In this document: positions 17,716 to 26,489 of the stretch, in pieces | How the letters are laid out: every line of letters starts with the position of its first letter | Position numbering within the stretch: the stretch's first letter is position 1 | NCBI GenBank assembly: GCA_013698305.1 | Contig: JACCVC010000041.1 | Span: forward strand, 1-44,716 | Reading direction: 5' to 3' | Length of the DNA stretch: 44,716 bases | Source: Chloroflexia bacterium | Lineage (GTDB): Bacteria; Chloroflexota; Chloroflexia; Thermomicrobiales; UBA6265 | Program-made: the position numbers and the translations under genes | The notes under the pieces: model-generated | What the model saw: the letters and a program-made list of their open reading frames with translations, nothing else | What the model was told of the DNA's origin: nothing | The model's database searches: none

Positions 17716-18851
17716 ACCGTCGTACCCGAGCGAGCCTGTTTCACGACCTGCCGCTCGCGCAACCGTCGAGCGGCCTCGGTGAAGTACTCGCCGACATCGC
17801 CCTGCTCGCGTATCCAGTCCAGGTAACGGTCGATGCCTTCCTCCAGTCCGGTTCGAGCTTCGAATCCAAGCTCACTGATCTTCGTGGTGTCGCTGATCAG
17901 CGCTCGCATCTCGCCGGGACGGTACTCGCCGGGGATGTCCGGCTCGATCTCCTTGCCCAGCTTCTCGGCCAGCAGCCGCGCCAGGTCACCGATCGCCGCC
18001 GCGTTGCCGGTGCCAACGTTCATCACCTGACCGTCGGACCGAGCATCGGTCGCGACCAGCATGTTGGCTCGGGCGACATCCTCGACGAAGACCAGATCGC
18101 GCGATTGCTTGCCGTCCTCGTAGACCACCGGCGGCAGGTCGTTCATCAATCGCGTGCAGAAGATCGCGATCACCCCGGTGTAGGGGTTGAACAGCGACTG
18201 GCGCGGACCGTAGGTGCAGGAGTAGCGCAACGCGGTCACGGGCAGCCCGGTCGCCCGTCCGAATGAGATTGCCAGCCGCTCCTGGTCGGCCTTGCTGATC
18301 GCGTAGACGTTTTCGCCTCCCATCGGCGCGGCCTCGTCGGTGGGGACGGGCCGGGATGGCTCGCCACAAATGGGGCAGTGCATCAGGTAGTCGCCTTGCT
18401 CCAATTGCGAAACCGGGCGCGTTTTGCCGTAGAAGTGCCCATGCCCGTCGCAGGTATAGGCGCCCTCGTTGTAGACCGCCTGCGACGAGGCCACTACCAG
18501 CTTCCTGATCGGTAGGTCGTTGTTGCGAATCGACTCCAGCATCAGCGCTGTTCCGTAGGAGTTGACGTGAATGAATTTGGCGATCTCGGGCATGTAGCCG
18601 CCATAGGCCGCCTCGTGGAAAACGACGTCGACGCCGGCCAGCGCGCGGTCCCAGTCGTCCTGGTTGCGGACATCGCCGTGGATGAACTCGACCTCATCGC
18701 GAATCCAGCCCGGCTTGCCTTCGGCGTGGGTCTGCGGTTCGAGGCTGTCGAGCACGCGCACATTCCAGCCGCGAGCCAGCGCCTCATCGACGATGTGCGA
18801 CCCGATCAGTCCTGCGCCGCCGGTTATCAGTGCCGTAGTCGCCTCTGCCAT
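17712..18851 (-). CDS. NAD-dependent epimerase/dehydratase (extended SDR) with a Cys/His-rich insertion
   Basis: Rossmann motif ITGGAGLIGSH. Catalytic SS...YAISK. There is an insertion of roughly 35 aa (TCDGHGH...HCPICG) between the Ser and Tyr-x3-Lys boxes. Confidence 0.85.
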   Translation of the reverse strand: MAEATTALITGGAGLIGSHIVDEALARGWNVRVLDSLEPQTHAEGKPGWIRDEVEFIHGDVRNQDDWDRALAGVDVVFHEAAYGGYMPEIAKFIHVNSYGTALMLESIRNNDLPIRKLVVASSQAVYNEGAYTCDGHGHFYGKTRPVSQLEQGDYLMHCPICGEPSRPVPTDEAAPMGGENVYAISKADQERLAISFGRATGLPVTALRYSCTYGPRQSLFNPYTGVIAIFCTRLMNDLPPVVYEDGKQSRDLVFVEDVARANMLVATDARSDGQVMNVGTGNAAAIGDLARLLAEKLGKEIEPDIPGEYRPGEMRALISDTTKISELGFEARTGLEEGIDRYLDWIREQGDVGEYFTEAARRLRERQVVKQARSGTTV

Positions 18852-18895
18852 GTTTCATCCTCTGGTATGCAAACACCGTGCGTCCAACAAGAAAT

Positions 18896-18925
18896 CGTCA
18901 TTCTGAGCGAATGCGAAGAATGACG
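18896..18925 (-). terminator. Candidate intrinsic terminator / hairpin downstream of the PLP-enzyme gene
   Basis: Perfect 9-bp stem CGTCATTCT/AGAATGACG with a 12-nt loop. On the minus strand it is followed by ATTTCTTGTT. Confidence 0.45.
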
Positions 18926-18976
18926 GTCTGATTGTGGCGTGGCATTCAATATCGTCACGTCTCCTTCGCGTGCCGC

Positions 18977-20191
18977 TCAGTCATCCACGGATCCCACAGA
19001 CATCAGCGCCTGCTCTATGTCGGCGATGATGTCCGCCGGATGCTCCAGTCCAATGGAAAAGCGCAACGCGCCGTTACCGCCGTGCTCCCGCGAACAGTCC
19101 TGGTCCTTCAACCGAGGCGGATAGCACACTGTCGTGATCTCGCCACCGAGACTCGGCGCGTATGGGATCATGCGGAGCGCCCGGACGAAGTTGATCACGG
19201 CGCTCGCTGACCCCTCGCCAGCGAATTCAACCACGAGCACGCCGCCCTGACCATCCGGCAGCATCCGCGCTACCAGTCCATTGTCGGACAATCCCGGATA
19301 CCGCACCGAGGCGAACTCCGGCCGACCGCTCAGGTAGTCGGCCACCTCCATTCCGGAGTCGCTGATCCACGCCATTCGGGCCGCCAGCGTGCGTATGCCC
19401 CGCACCGCCAGCGCTGCGTCCGAGGCACCCGGCACGGCACCGAGCAGGTAGCCGAACTGCCTGATCCGCGCCATGAGCGTTGCGCTGCCCACCACCACCC
19501 CCGCCGACAGGTCGTGATGACCACCCAGGTACTTGGTGACGCTGTGGATCACCAGGTCAGCGCCATGCTCGATGGGACGGCACAGCGCTGGAGACGCGAA
19601 CGAATTGTCGATCACGAGCGGAATATCGTGGCGGTTGGCAATGGCGGCGAGTCCAGGAATGTCGGCCACGCACATGCCGGGGTTGGTGATGGTTTCCGCA
19701 AAGATCATCCCGGTTGCGGGCCGAACCGCCGCCTCAACCCTTTCGAGATCGGCTACATCGACCACCGAGCAGGCAACCCCGAACCGGGGAAGCTCCTGCG
19801 CCAGCAGCATCTCCGTGTCGCAGTAACTGTCCGCGCCGATCACAAGATGATCGCCCTGGGACAAGATCGCCAGCGCCGCCAGGGAGATGGCCGCCATCCC
19901 CGAGGACACACCGTAGCCCGCCTCCGCTCCTTCAAGGTCGGCGACCAGCTCCTCCAGCGCGCAGACGTTCGGAAAGTGATCGCGATTGTAGGTCGGCAGA
20001 GGCGGGTCTGCGAGGATTCTGCCGGATATCGCCTCGGGATCATGCGTTGCGTACACGGTGCTCTGCACGATCGGCGGCACCAGCGGCCAGATGTCGCCTT
20101 CGCCGTGATGCCCTCCCTGGACACAGCGGGTGCGAATGCGTCGCATGTCCTCGCTCGTGCGGGTCGATGTTCGGTCGTGTTTCAGGGTCAT
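18977..20191 (-). CDS. PLP-dependent Cys/Met-metabolism enzyme (cystathionine gamma-synthase / beta-lyase / methionine gamma-lyase family)
   Basis: PLP-lysine box HSVTKYLGGHHD plus the SSGMAAI and NPGMCVADI patterns. The ATG at 20191 is preceded by GGAGCAGGA. Confidence 0.82.
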   Translation of the reverse strand: MTLKHDRTSTRTSEDMRRIRTRCVQGGHHGEGDIWPLVPPIVQSTVYATHDPEAISGRILADPPLPTYNRDHFPNVCALEELVADLEGAEAGYGVSSGMAAISLAALAILSQGDHLVIGADSYCDTEMLLAQELPRFGVACSVVDVADLERVEAAVRPATGMIFAETITNPGMCVADIPGLAAIANRHDIPLVIDNSFASPALCRPIEHGADLVIHSVTKYLGGHHDLSAGVVVGSATLMARIRQFGYLLGAVPGASDAALAVRGIRTLAARMAWISDSGMEVADYLSGRPEFASVRYPGLSDNGLVARMLPDGQGGVLVVEFAGEGSASAVINFVRALRMIPYAPSLGGEITTVCYPPRLKDQDCSREHGGNGALRFSIGLEHPADIIADIEQALMSVGSVDD

Positions 20192-20239
20192 TCCTGCTCC
20201 AGTTTCAACGCGCTGCATACGGCGGGAGGCGGCAAGACG

Positions 20240-22276
20240 TTAGTTGGAACCGAGTGGCGCCGGAGCTGCCACTGGCGTTGGTGTGACTCTGCCTTGCCGG
20301 TCACCGGCGGAATCGGCGGCGTCCGAGCGCGGATCGACCGTTGATTCGTTTTCCACCGGGAACGGAAGATGCCACAGCTTGAGCAGGTAGACGGACACCG
20401 GGTCGTCTTCCAGCCACTGGTCATACTCCCTGCTTTCCACGGTCACATAGCCTCGCCTGACATTCGGATCGGTCGCGACGATATAGCTTGAGTCGGTGGG
20501 TTTGGCATAGAAGTAGACCCACCAGGGTGATCCCTGGGGCGACCGGGCTCGGGTGATGTCCTCCTCAAGCATAAGCGTGTACAGGTGATATCCATCCCAT
20601 CCGGAGCCAGCGTCGAGCCTGTCGTTTTCCACCCCATTCTCGTTGGCGTATCGCGCCATGCTCCAGATCGAGTCCATGTACACCAGGTAGTCGCGCGTTG
20701 CCATTGTCGAGTACACCGCCACCGCAGCAAGCAGCACCCAACTCACCGGCTGCAACAGCCGCACGTCGCGAAGCGCCCATAGCACTGCAATGATCACCAG
20801 GGCGATCACCGGCAACAGGTAGCGGTCGAGCGTCACGCCCCGGTTCAGGTAGTGGTACGAAGGCGGGAAGATGCCCACCAGTTGCCAAAGACCCACCACT
20901 CCGATCAGCCAGAACCCCGCTCGCTCCGGCGACGGTTCGGAGATAAGGCACCGGCAGATAACGAATCCGATCAGGATCGCCCCAATCGCCGACGCTATCG
21001 TCAGGGCAATCGGAAGTTCCGTGCCACGCTCGATCAACCGCTGGCGGCTGCCCAGCACGTCCGGCGGCCCGACATTGCCCAGGCCGAAGAACTGCGAGGC
21101 GAACGGCATTTCGTGATTGCGGCGACCGGCCAAGTACAAGCCGAGCAGCACCACCGTCGTCCAGGCGCCGCAGGCATAGAATCCCACCGGCGAGGAAAAC
21201 AGCGTCGAGTTGTCGCTCGCTCTTCGGCGAGGGAGTATCGCGACCAGAACGGGCAACAGGAACAGACCTGCGTAGAACAGGACGTAGACTGGCGCCCGCT
21301 GTATGATCAGCCAGGTTCCGGCCCATCCGTCCTCCTGCAGGTCGGCCAGGAAGTTCGCCTGCACGGCCGGGACGTCGTTGACCCACCGGAGCCATGCGTA
21401 GTACCCGATCAGCATCAGAGCGGGCAGCACGGCAACGGCGGAGACCCTTCGGATCGACTCCCGATTGAACCGGACCTGGCCGGTGAAGAGGAGATACATG
21501 CCGACCGCAAACGGGATCAACGCGCCCTGTTGGCGCATCAGGAACGCGAACCCGGCGAATAATGATCCGAGCAGGATCGCAATTACATGCTCGCGGCTCG
21601 GACGCAGGCCCCGGACGTAGAACGCCAGCGAGATCAGCATCATCGCCGAGAAGTGTGGATCGGTCATGAAGCTGAACGACAACGCGAAGCTCAGCGGGTT
21701 GAATAGCCAGACGCCCATTCCCAGCGCGCTGCGGCTCTTGGAAACTCCCAGCATTCGCAGGATCGCGTAGAGGGCGATCGCGCCCAGCGCGACCATCACC
21801 ACGGTAGACAGCCGCATCACGCCCAGCGACATGCCGAAAACCAGCGCGAAGAGCGCACCCCACAGGATCTGCGTGACCGCCGTCGCCGCCACGACCGGGA
21901 AGACCGTCAGCACGCCATCGTAATAGAGGATTTCGACGGAGCGCGTGTAGCCCCAGTCATCGGTGGTGGCGATGTCGGTCATGGTCGGCACGACCATTGC
22001 CGACACCGCGAACACCGCCAGGATCACGGCGACCGGCCAGTTCCGGATCGCCGTCAGCATGCCGTGCCCGAGAGCCCGGGCCCGGCTTCTGGGTGGCGCA
22101 TCCACCGATGCGCTATCCGGTAGCGCAACTGGAACGCCTGCTTCGTCCGGCTCCCGTTCGCTGGCAGGTGGCTTGGCTGACCTGTCTCTCGGCGGCTCGG
22201 GCCGGAACCACGTCGTCTCCTGGGAATCAGGGGCCGGTATGCGAGGCCCAGGCGCCTTTGATTGAGTCTCCGTCAC
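20240..22276 (-). CDS. Polytopic membrane glycosyltransferase, GT-C fold (GT39/GT83, PMT/ArnT-like)
   Basis: 678 aa with at least 10 predicted TM segments by eye. An acidic first-loop motif TTDDWGY follows TM1. There is a soluble C-terminal domain of about 200 aa. The start is GTG with a GAGGGCAGGGA-like RBS. Confidence 0.75.
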   Translation of the reverse strand: MTETQSKAPGPRIPAPDSQETTWFRPEPPRDRSAKPPASEREPDEAGVPVALPDSASVDAPPRSRARALGHGMLTAIRNWPVAVILAVFAVSAMVVPTMTDIATTDDWGYTRSVEILYYDGVLTVFPVVAATAVTQILWGALFALVFGMSLGVMRLSTVVMVALGAIALYAILRMLGVSKSRSALGMGVWLFNPLSFALSFSFMTDPHFSAMMLISLAFYVRGLRPSREHVIAILLGSLFAGFAFLMRQQGALIPFAVGMYLLFTGQVRFNRESIRRVSAVAVLPALMLIGYYAWLRWVNDVPAVQANFLADLQEDGWAGTWLIIQRAPVYVLFYAGLFLLPVLVAILPRRRASDNSTLFSSPVGFYACGAWTTVVLLGLYLAGRRNHEMPFASQFFGLGNVGPPDVLGSRQRLIERGTELPIALTIASAIGAILIGFVICRCLISEPSPERAGFWLIGVVGLWQLVGIFPPSYHYLNRGVTLDRYLLPVIALVIIAVLWALRDVRLLQPVSWVLLAAVAVYSTMATRDYLVYMDSIWSMARYANENGVENDRLDAGSGWDGYHLYTLMLEEDITRARSPQGSPWWVYFYAKPTDSSYIVATDPNVRRGYVTVESREYDQWLEDDPVSVYLLKLWHLPFPVENESTVDPRSDAADSAGDRQGRVTPTPVAAPAPLGSN

Positions 22277-22431
22277 GCGCCATCCCTGCCCTCGTTCTCG
22301 CCGGTGATACCATAGCTGTCACATCCTCGTCTGCTGGACGTTGGCGCCCGAGTGTGACCGGGGTCACTCACAGATAGTCTACGCACCTTTCGCCATACGG
22401 GGCGTGAAGGCTACAGTAGGGGAACGCTTGC

Positions 22432-23388
22432 ATGCGCTTTTTGGCCATGTCCGCAGAAGGTACGCTCATGACGGCAACCGGCATTGCTACCAAACCCCGC
22501 TCGTCAACGGTGGACCCTATGCGCCCTTCAATCCTCCCGAGCGAACAGGACTGGGCGGTGTGCCGGGACGTCACCCGAGCGCACGGCACGACCTTCTACT
22601 TCGCCTGCCAGCTCCTTCCTCTCCGCACGCGCCAGGCCATCCACGCCGTCTACGCCTGGTGCCGCACCGCAGACGATGTCGTCGACGACGCGGGACATCG
22701 CGATCACGAGGACCTTCATGCCCAGCTCGATGCCTGGCTCGCCGCGATCGACAGCCCGTCGTGCCCGATCACCCGGGCGTTTTCGTGGGTGCTGCGTACC
22801 CACGGGATATCCGACGAGTGCGCGCATGATCTTGTTTCGGGCGTACGGATGGACCTGGATCATCTTCGCTTCGAGACGTGGCAGGACCTTCGCCAATACA
22901 GTTACTGCGTCGCCGGAACCGTTGGCCTGATGACCGCGCCGATATTGGGGTGCCGTGACGACACGGCGCTGCCTCGCGCGGTCGAACTCGGTGTGGCCAT
23001 GCAGTTGACCAACATCCTGCGCGATGTCGCGGAGGACGCGCAGATGGGACGCATCTACCTGCCGCTGGATGACCTGCATCGGTTCGGGATCACGCCCGAG
23101 TCGATTCTCGCCCTGCAACCCGATGGCGATTTCGAAGGGTTGATGCGGTTCGAGATCGCTCGCGCTCGGGAACTGTACCGGTCGGCGCGTCCTGGCATCG
23201 CGGCGCTGTCGGTTCCCGGCCAGGTAGCAACGCTCTCCGGTAGCCAGCTCTACAGCAAGATCCTGAATCGAATCGAGGCACGGAACTACGATGTCTTCGA
23301 CGGTCGCGTGTCGGTCTCGACATCGGCCAAGGTCCGGGAGATGCCGCTCGTGCTGGCAAGTGTCGTCAGGATGCAGTTGACCCGGTAA
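22432..23388 (+). CDS. crtB: Phytoene synthase
   Basis: TFYFACQLLP, Asp-rich boxes YAWCRTADDVVDD and DVAEDAQMGRIYLP. Confidence 0.9.
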   Translation: MRFLAMSAEGTLMTATGIATKPRSSTVDPMRPSILPSEQDWAVCRDVTRAHGTTFYFACQLLPLRTRQAIHAVYAWCRTADDVVDDAGHRDHEDLHAQLDAWLAAIDSPSCPITRAFSWVLRTHGISDECAHDLVSGVRMDLDHLRFETWQDLRQYSYCVAGTVGLMTAPILGCRDDTALPRAVELGVAMQLTNILRDVAEDAQMGRIYLPLDDLHRFGITPESILALQPDGDFEGLMRFEIARARELYRSARPGIAALSVPGQVATLSGSQLYSKILNRIEARNYDVFDGRVSVSTSAKVREMPLVLASVVRMQLTR

Positions 23389-23390
23389 TC

Positions 23391-23574
23391 GTAGCCTCGG
23401 ACCGTGTCCAGAGACCCGTACGGGCGGACTCCATGTCCGCCCTTTCAAAAGATCCGTTACACCGAATCCGCCTGAACACCGTACATTCCACTCGCCGAGC
23501 CGCGTACGGAAGACCCTTGTGGTCTCCTTCTGTTACCGCACGCCAGTGAAGGCCGGCACAAGACCGGCCCGTAC
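23391..23574. repeat. Array of four REP-like hairpins filling the crtB / acyltransferase convergent spacer
   Basis: Four units: GTAGCCTCGGAC..GTCCAGAG (imperfect); GTAC-GGGCGGAC-TCCAT-GTCCGCCC (perfect 8 bp, 23422-23442); GTAC-GGAAGACC-CTTGT-GGTCTCC (23504-23527); GGCCGG-CACAAGA-CCGGCC-C-GTAC (23551-23574). Confidence 0.75.
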
Positions 23575-23626
23575 GCGCACTTCGCATCTTGTTTATGCGG
23601 AATCCGTATTAATCGCGGAGATGTTC

Positions 23627-24319
23627 TCAGCTCAACTTCCGAACCGTCTCCTCCAACGCTACCAGGCAGGCGTTGTCATCGTTGAAGTCCGCTCGCTGGA
23701 TCGGCTCGCCGATGCGCATCGTGATTCGCCAGCGACCGTCATCGGCTCGCTCGTACACGAACCCGATCGGCACCATTGGGATGGCCTTGCCGCCCGATTC
23801 CGCCATCCTCACCAGCCTCACTACGCCCGGCTCGAACGGCAGGAAGCTCTCTCCGGATGCCTGCTTCGGCGATCCGTGAGGGTCAATCACCGGATATCCC
23901 TCTGGAAACACCACGACGATCTGGCCGTCGGCGAGCAGCTCGACCGAGGAGCGTATCGCCCGCCGCATCAGCCGTTGCGCTTCGGTTCGTTGCTCCGTCG
24001 ACGCTTGCGCTCGCTTCAGGGCATCCGGGCGGGTAATCACCGGCCACCCCGCCATCCGGCACAAGGCCTCCATCCCCCGGCGCTTGAGTCCCGACCCTGC
24101 CCAGTCGAGCCCGACCAGGACGTGGAGCGGTCGTTTGGTGGCCATGTAGAGCGCGCATCCGTCGAGCAGGTGATGAAAGTGGTGCGCCACCAGCACGCAC
24201 GGTCCTGTTGTCGGGATGTGCTCGCAACCGGTGATCGTCAACCCGGCTTCGCGAGCGAGAAAGCGCTTCCCACCGGCACGCAGCACAGCCTGGCTAATAG
24301 ATCGCGTTGGATTCACCAT
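23627..24319 (-). CDS. Lysophospholipid/PlsC-family acyltransferase (candidate carotenoid-glycoside acyltransferase, CruD-like by context)
   Basis: A His/Asp box VAHHFHHLLDG sits in the position of the acyltransferase HX4D motif. A downstream VVVFPEGYP box is present. The gene is last in the carotenoid tailoring operon. Confidence 0.7.
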   Translation of the reverse strand: MVNPTRSISQAVLRAGGKRFLAREAGLTITGCEHIPTTGPCVLVAHHFHHLLDGCALYMATKRPLHVLVGLDWAGSGLKRRGMEALCRMAGWPVITRPDALKRAQASTEQRTEAQRLMRRAIRSSVELLADGQIVVVFPEGYPVIDPHGSPKQASGESFLPFEPGVVRLVRMAESGGKAIPMVPIGFVYERADDGRWRITMRIGEPIQRADFNDDNACLVALEETVRKLS

Positions 24320-24340
24320 TATGTGACAAGCCAGTACCGT

Positions 24341-25300
24341 TTAGCGGTCATGCGCGGGTGCCGGCGCGGCAGGCGCCGATCGCCGAGTCAACACCAGCGC
24401 CGCCGGAATCAGGCCAAAGACCATCGCCAGCAGGATCGGCACCCACAGGTCGACGCTGGCGCTGAGTGCCGATGCGAACACGATGTTGGCCGCGTAGATA
24501 GCAAGGGGAAACCAGATCGCAAGCCGCGCACCATCCGTCGGGGGATCGCTATTCCACAACAGGCGGGCGACTGTCATGAACACCAGGGCGGTCAGCGTCC
24601 AGCCGATGAAGTTCTGCGTCGGCATCCCGAAGTATGGGCCGGTTTCGTACCACACCCAGAACCGCACAGGTAGCGATTCGTGCGCCATCGCCGGGTCGAG
24701 CACCAGGTCCCAGACTGTCAGCAGCCACCCACCGATGGCCACCGCGTAAATCCAGAGTGGTTTCACACCCAGCCGCGCCGCCAGCACGTGGCCGATCATA
24801 TACGTCGCAAAGCCTACGTAAAACCACGACAGCGGGATCGAGAACGGGACGTGATCCAGAATCTTGTAGCCCAGGAAACTGGTGTAGGCGTAGTTGCCGA
24901 ACGGTTCGCCGAAGCTGGTGCCGAGCAGTTCGGAGCCGAGCGAGATCGACACCGCCGCCCCGAAGAAGATCGCGGTCTTCCGCATGCCGATCGCGGCGAC
25001 GCCCCACGCGAACATCGCAGCCGCTCCGAAGATGATGTGGAGCGACCCGGCGTAGGTCATGCCGAAGTCATAGGCGCGCGCGCCCATCGCGGAATCCGCC
25101 CACAATTCCGGATTCGGGATCGCGATCAACAGACCCGCCAGCCCGAACATCAGCGCGACGAGGTGCCCGATCAGGAAGGCGTTTGCCCATTTCAAGGGGT
25201 GGATCGTTCGGAGACGGGACGCCAGTAGTGTTCGGTCCCTGGGCGCCTCAACCGATTGTGCGCGTGTCCGCTGCATAGTGAGCCTTTGTGTTTTTGCCAC
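24341..25300 (-). CDS. cruF: Carotenoid biosynthesis membrane protein (DUF422/Caroten_synth family; CruF-like 1',2'-hydratase)
   Basis: Polytopic protein. Motifs FGEPFGNYAYT, VPFSIPLSWF, WDLVLDP and NFIGW are typical of this family. The start is uncertain (25300 or 25276) and both options overlap the upstream GT2 end. Confidence 0.72.
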   Translation of the reverse strand: MAKTQRLTMQRTRAQSVEAPRDRTLLASRLRTIHPLKWANAFLIGHLVALMFGLAGLLIAIPNPELWADSAMGARAYDFGMTYAGSLHIIFGAAAMFAWGVAAIGMRKTAIFFGAAVSISLGSELLGTSFGEPFGNYAYTSFLGYKILDHVPFSIPLSWFYVGFATYMIGHVLAARLGVKPLWIYAVAIGGWLLTVWDLVLDPAMAHESLPVRFWVWYETGPYFGMPTQNFIGWTLTALVFMTVARLLWNSDPPTDGARLAIWFPLAIYAANIVFASALSASVDLWVPILLAMVFGLIPAALVLTRRSAPAAPAPAHDR

Positions 25301-26489
25301 AGAAAAAGTCGGGCGCTGTAGCCATTGTATGCTCGACGACGACCTTGCGTCCCCGCCAACGATGATGCCGTTGCCATGTGCGACGCCAGATCAGGGCGAC
25401 GATGACCGGATCGGCGACGGTCGCCGTCCAATGCGTGAGCGGCAAGCCGAGATACGCCCGCGACATGCCGAACTGTGTGCCCAACCGGATGACCAGCAGG
25501 GCGGCGTTCAGGCGAACTACCAGTCGCCTCAGCGGCATTCCGCGCCAGAGGCTGCCCACCAGGAGCGCCATCGGCGGCAATCCCATGGTCAGTCCGAGGT
25601 CGGCCAGTCGCATCCACGAGCGGGTGCCGAAATACCGGTCCCGCATTGGCAGGGATCGGGACCAGTTCACCAGAGCATCGTACCAACCGGCGTACATCTC
25701 GACCGTGACCAATGCACCTGCGTCCGCTGGCTCATAGAATCCAACTGGCTCACCGATCGCCGCGCATTGCCGAGCCATGGTGACGTCCTCCACCAGCGAT
25801 CGGGCGACCGAGGCGAACCCCCCCACTTCAGTCAGGAGGCTTTGTTCGATCAGGAAGCACTGGCCGTTCGCCTGAACCGAAAGGGGGTCCGTGGTGGCGC
25901 TGCCGGGGATGCCGTAGCGGTAGACCAGTGTCGCCAGCAGCGAGGTGTGGATCGGGGCTTCCAGCGGTCCGCTGACCCGTTGCGGCGCGGCGACGCTCAT
26001 CACCCGCAGCCTGTGCTTCCCGGCATGAGCAAGGATTGAAGGCACGAGCGCGGACTGTGGCCGCGCGTCGGCGTCAATAGTGAGGACCCACCGGGTGTCG
26101 GCAGCGATGTGGCGCGAGCCGACATGCAACCCCCACGGCTTGCCATTCCAATCGAGCGGAACCGGCGCGGCGTCTATCAGGCGAACTCGCAAATCCCGTT
26201 CGGCGAAGCGGCGAACGATATCCCTCGTCGCGTCGGTGGAGCCTCCGTCGACGACCAGGATCTCGGCGACATCGCGGCCTTGGCCAATGAGTCCCTCCAG
26301 GCACGGCGCCAGCCGCTCGGCCTCGTCCAGCACCGGCACGATCACGCTGACCGACGGTTTGCCTTCGTGCCGCGCCGTCTCGATCCGTGCCCCACCCGAA
26401 GACGCAAGCAGTCGGTTCACGACCCGCACTCCCGCGATGGCCTGGAGCAGCAGCACAATGCCGATACACCAGCGAAGGGTCTGCATCAT
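25248..26489 (-). CDS. Family 2 glycosyltransferase (carotenoid glycosyltransferase, CruC/CrtQ-like by context)
   Basis: N-terminal TM, VSVIVPVLDEAE, VVDGGSTDAT, TIDADA, then C-terminal TM segments. ATGA overlap with the upstream hydrolase gene. Confidence 0.78.
   Translation of the reverse strand: MMQTLRWCIGIVLLLQAIAGVRVVNRLLASSGGARIETARHEGKPSVSVIVPVLDEAERLAPCLEGLIGQGRDVAEILVVDGGSTDATRDIVRRFAERDLRVRLIDAAPVPLDWNGKPWGLHVGSRHIAADTRWVLTIDADARPQSALVPSILAHAGKHRLRVMSVAAPQRVSGPLEAPIHTSLLATLVYRYGIPGSATTDPLSVQANGQCFLIEQSLLTEVGGFASVARSLVEDVTMARQCAAIGEPVGFYEPADAGALVTVEMYAGWYDALVNWSRSLPMRDRYFGTRSWMRLADLGLTMGLPPMALLVGSLWRGMPLRRLVVRLNAALLVIRLGTQFGMSRAYLGLPLTHWTATVADPVIVALIWRRTWQRHHRWRGRKVVVEHTMATAPDFFCGKNTKAHYAADTRTIG

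Noticed and set aside
20565-21863. 432-aa alternative same-strand frame inside the GT39-like gene
   Set aside because: The product is extremely Arg/Gly/Pro-rich and not membrane-like. The annotated frame gives a coherent polytopic protein over the full 678 codons.
23391-23574. Possible CRISPR array, given several GC-rich palindromic repeats in a row
   Set aside because: The units differ in stem sequence and in orientation. The spacing is irregular. The same units occur singly all over the window. No cas genes are present.
23519-24673. 384-aa plus-strand ORF spanning the REP array, the acyltransferase and part of cruF
   Set aside because: It begins inside repeat hairpins. It is antisense to two genes that have family motifs. 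Its composition is Arg/His/Pro-rich.
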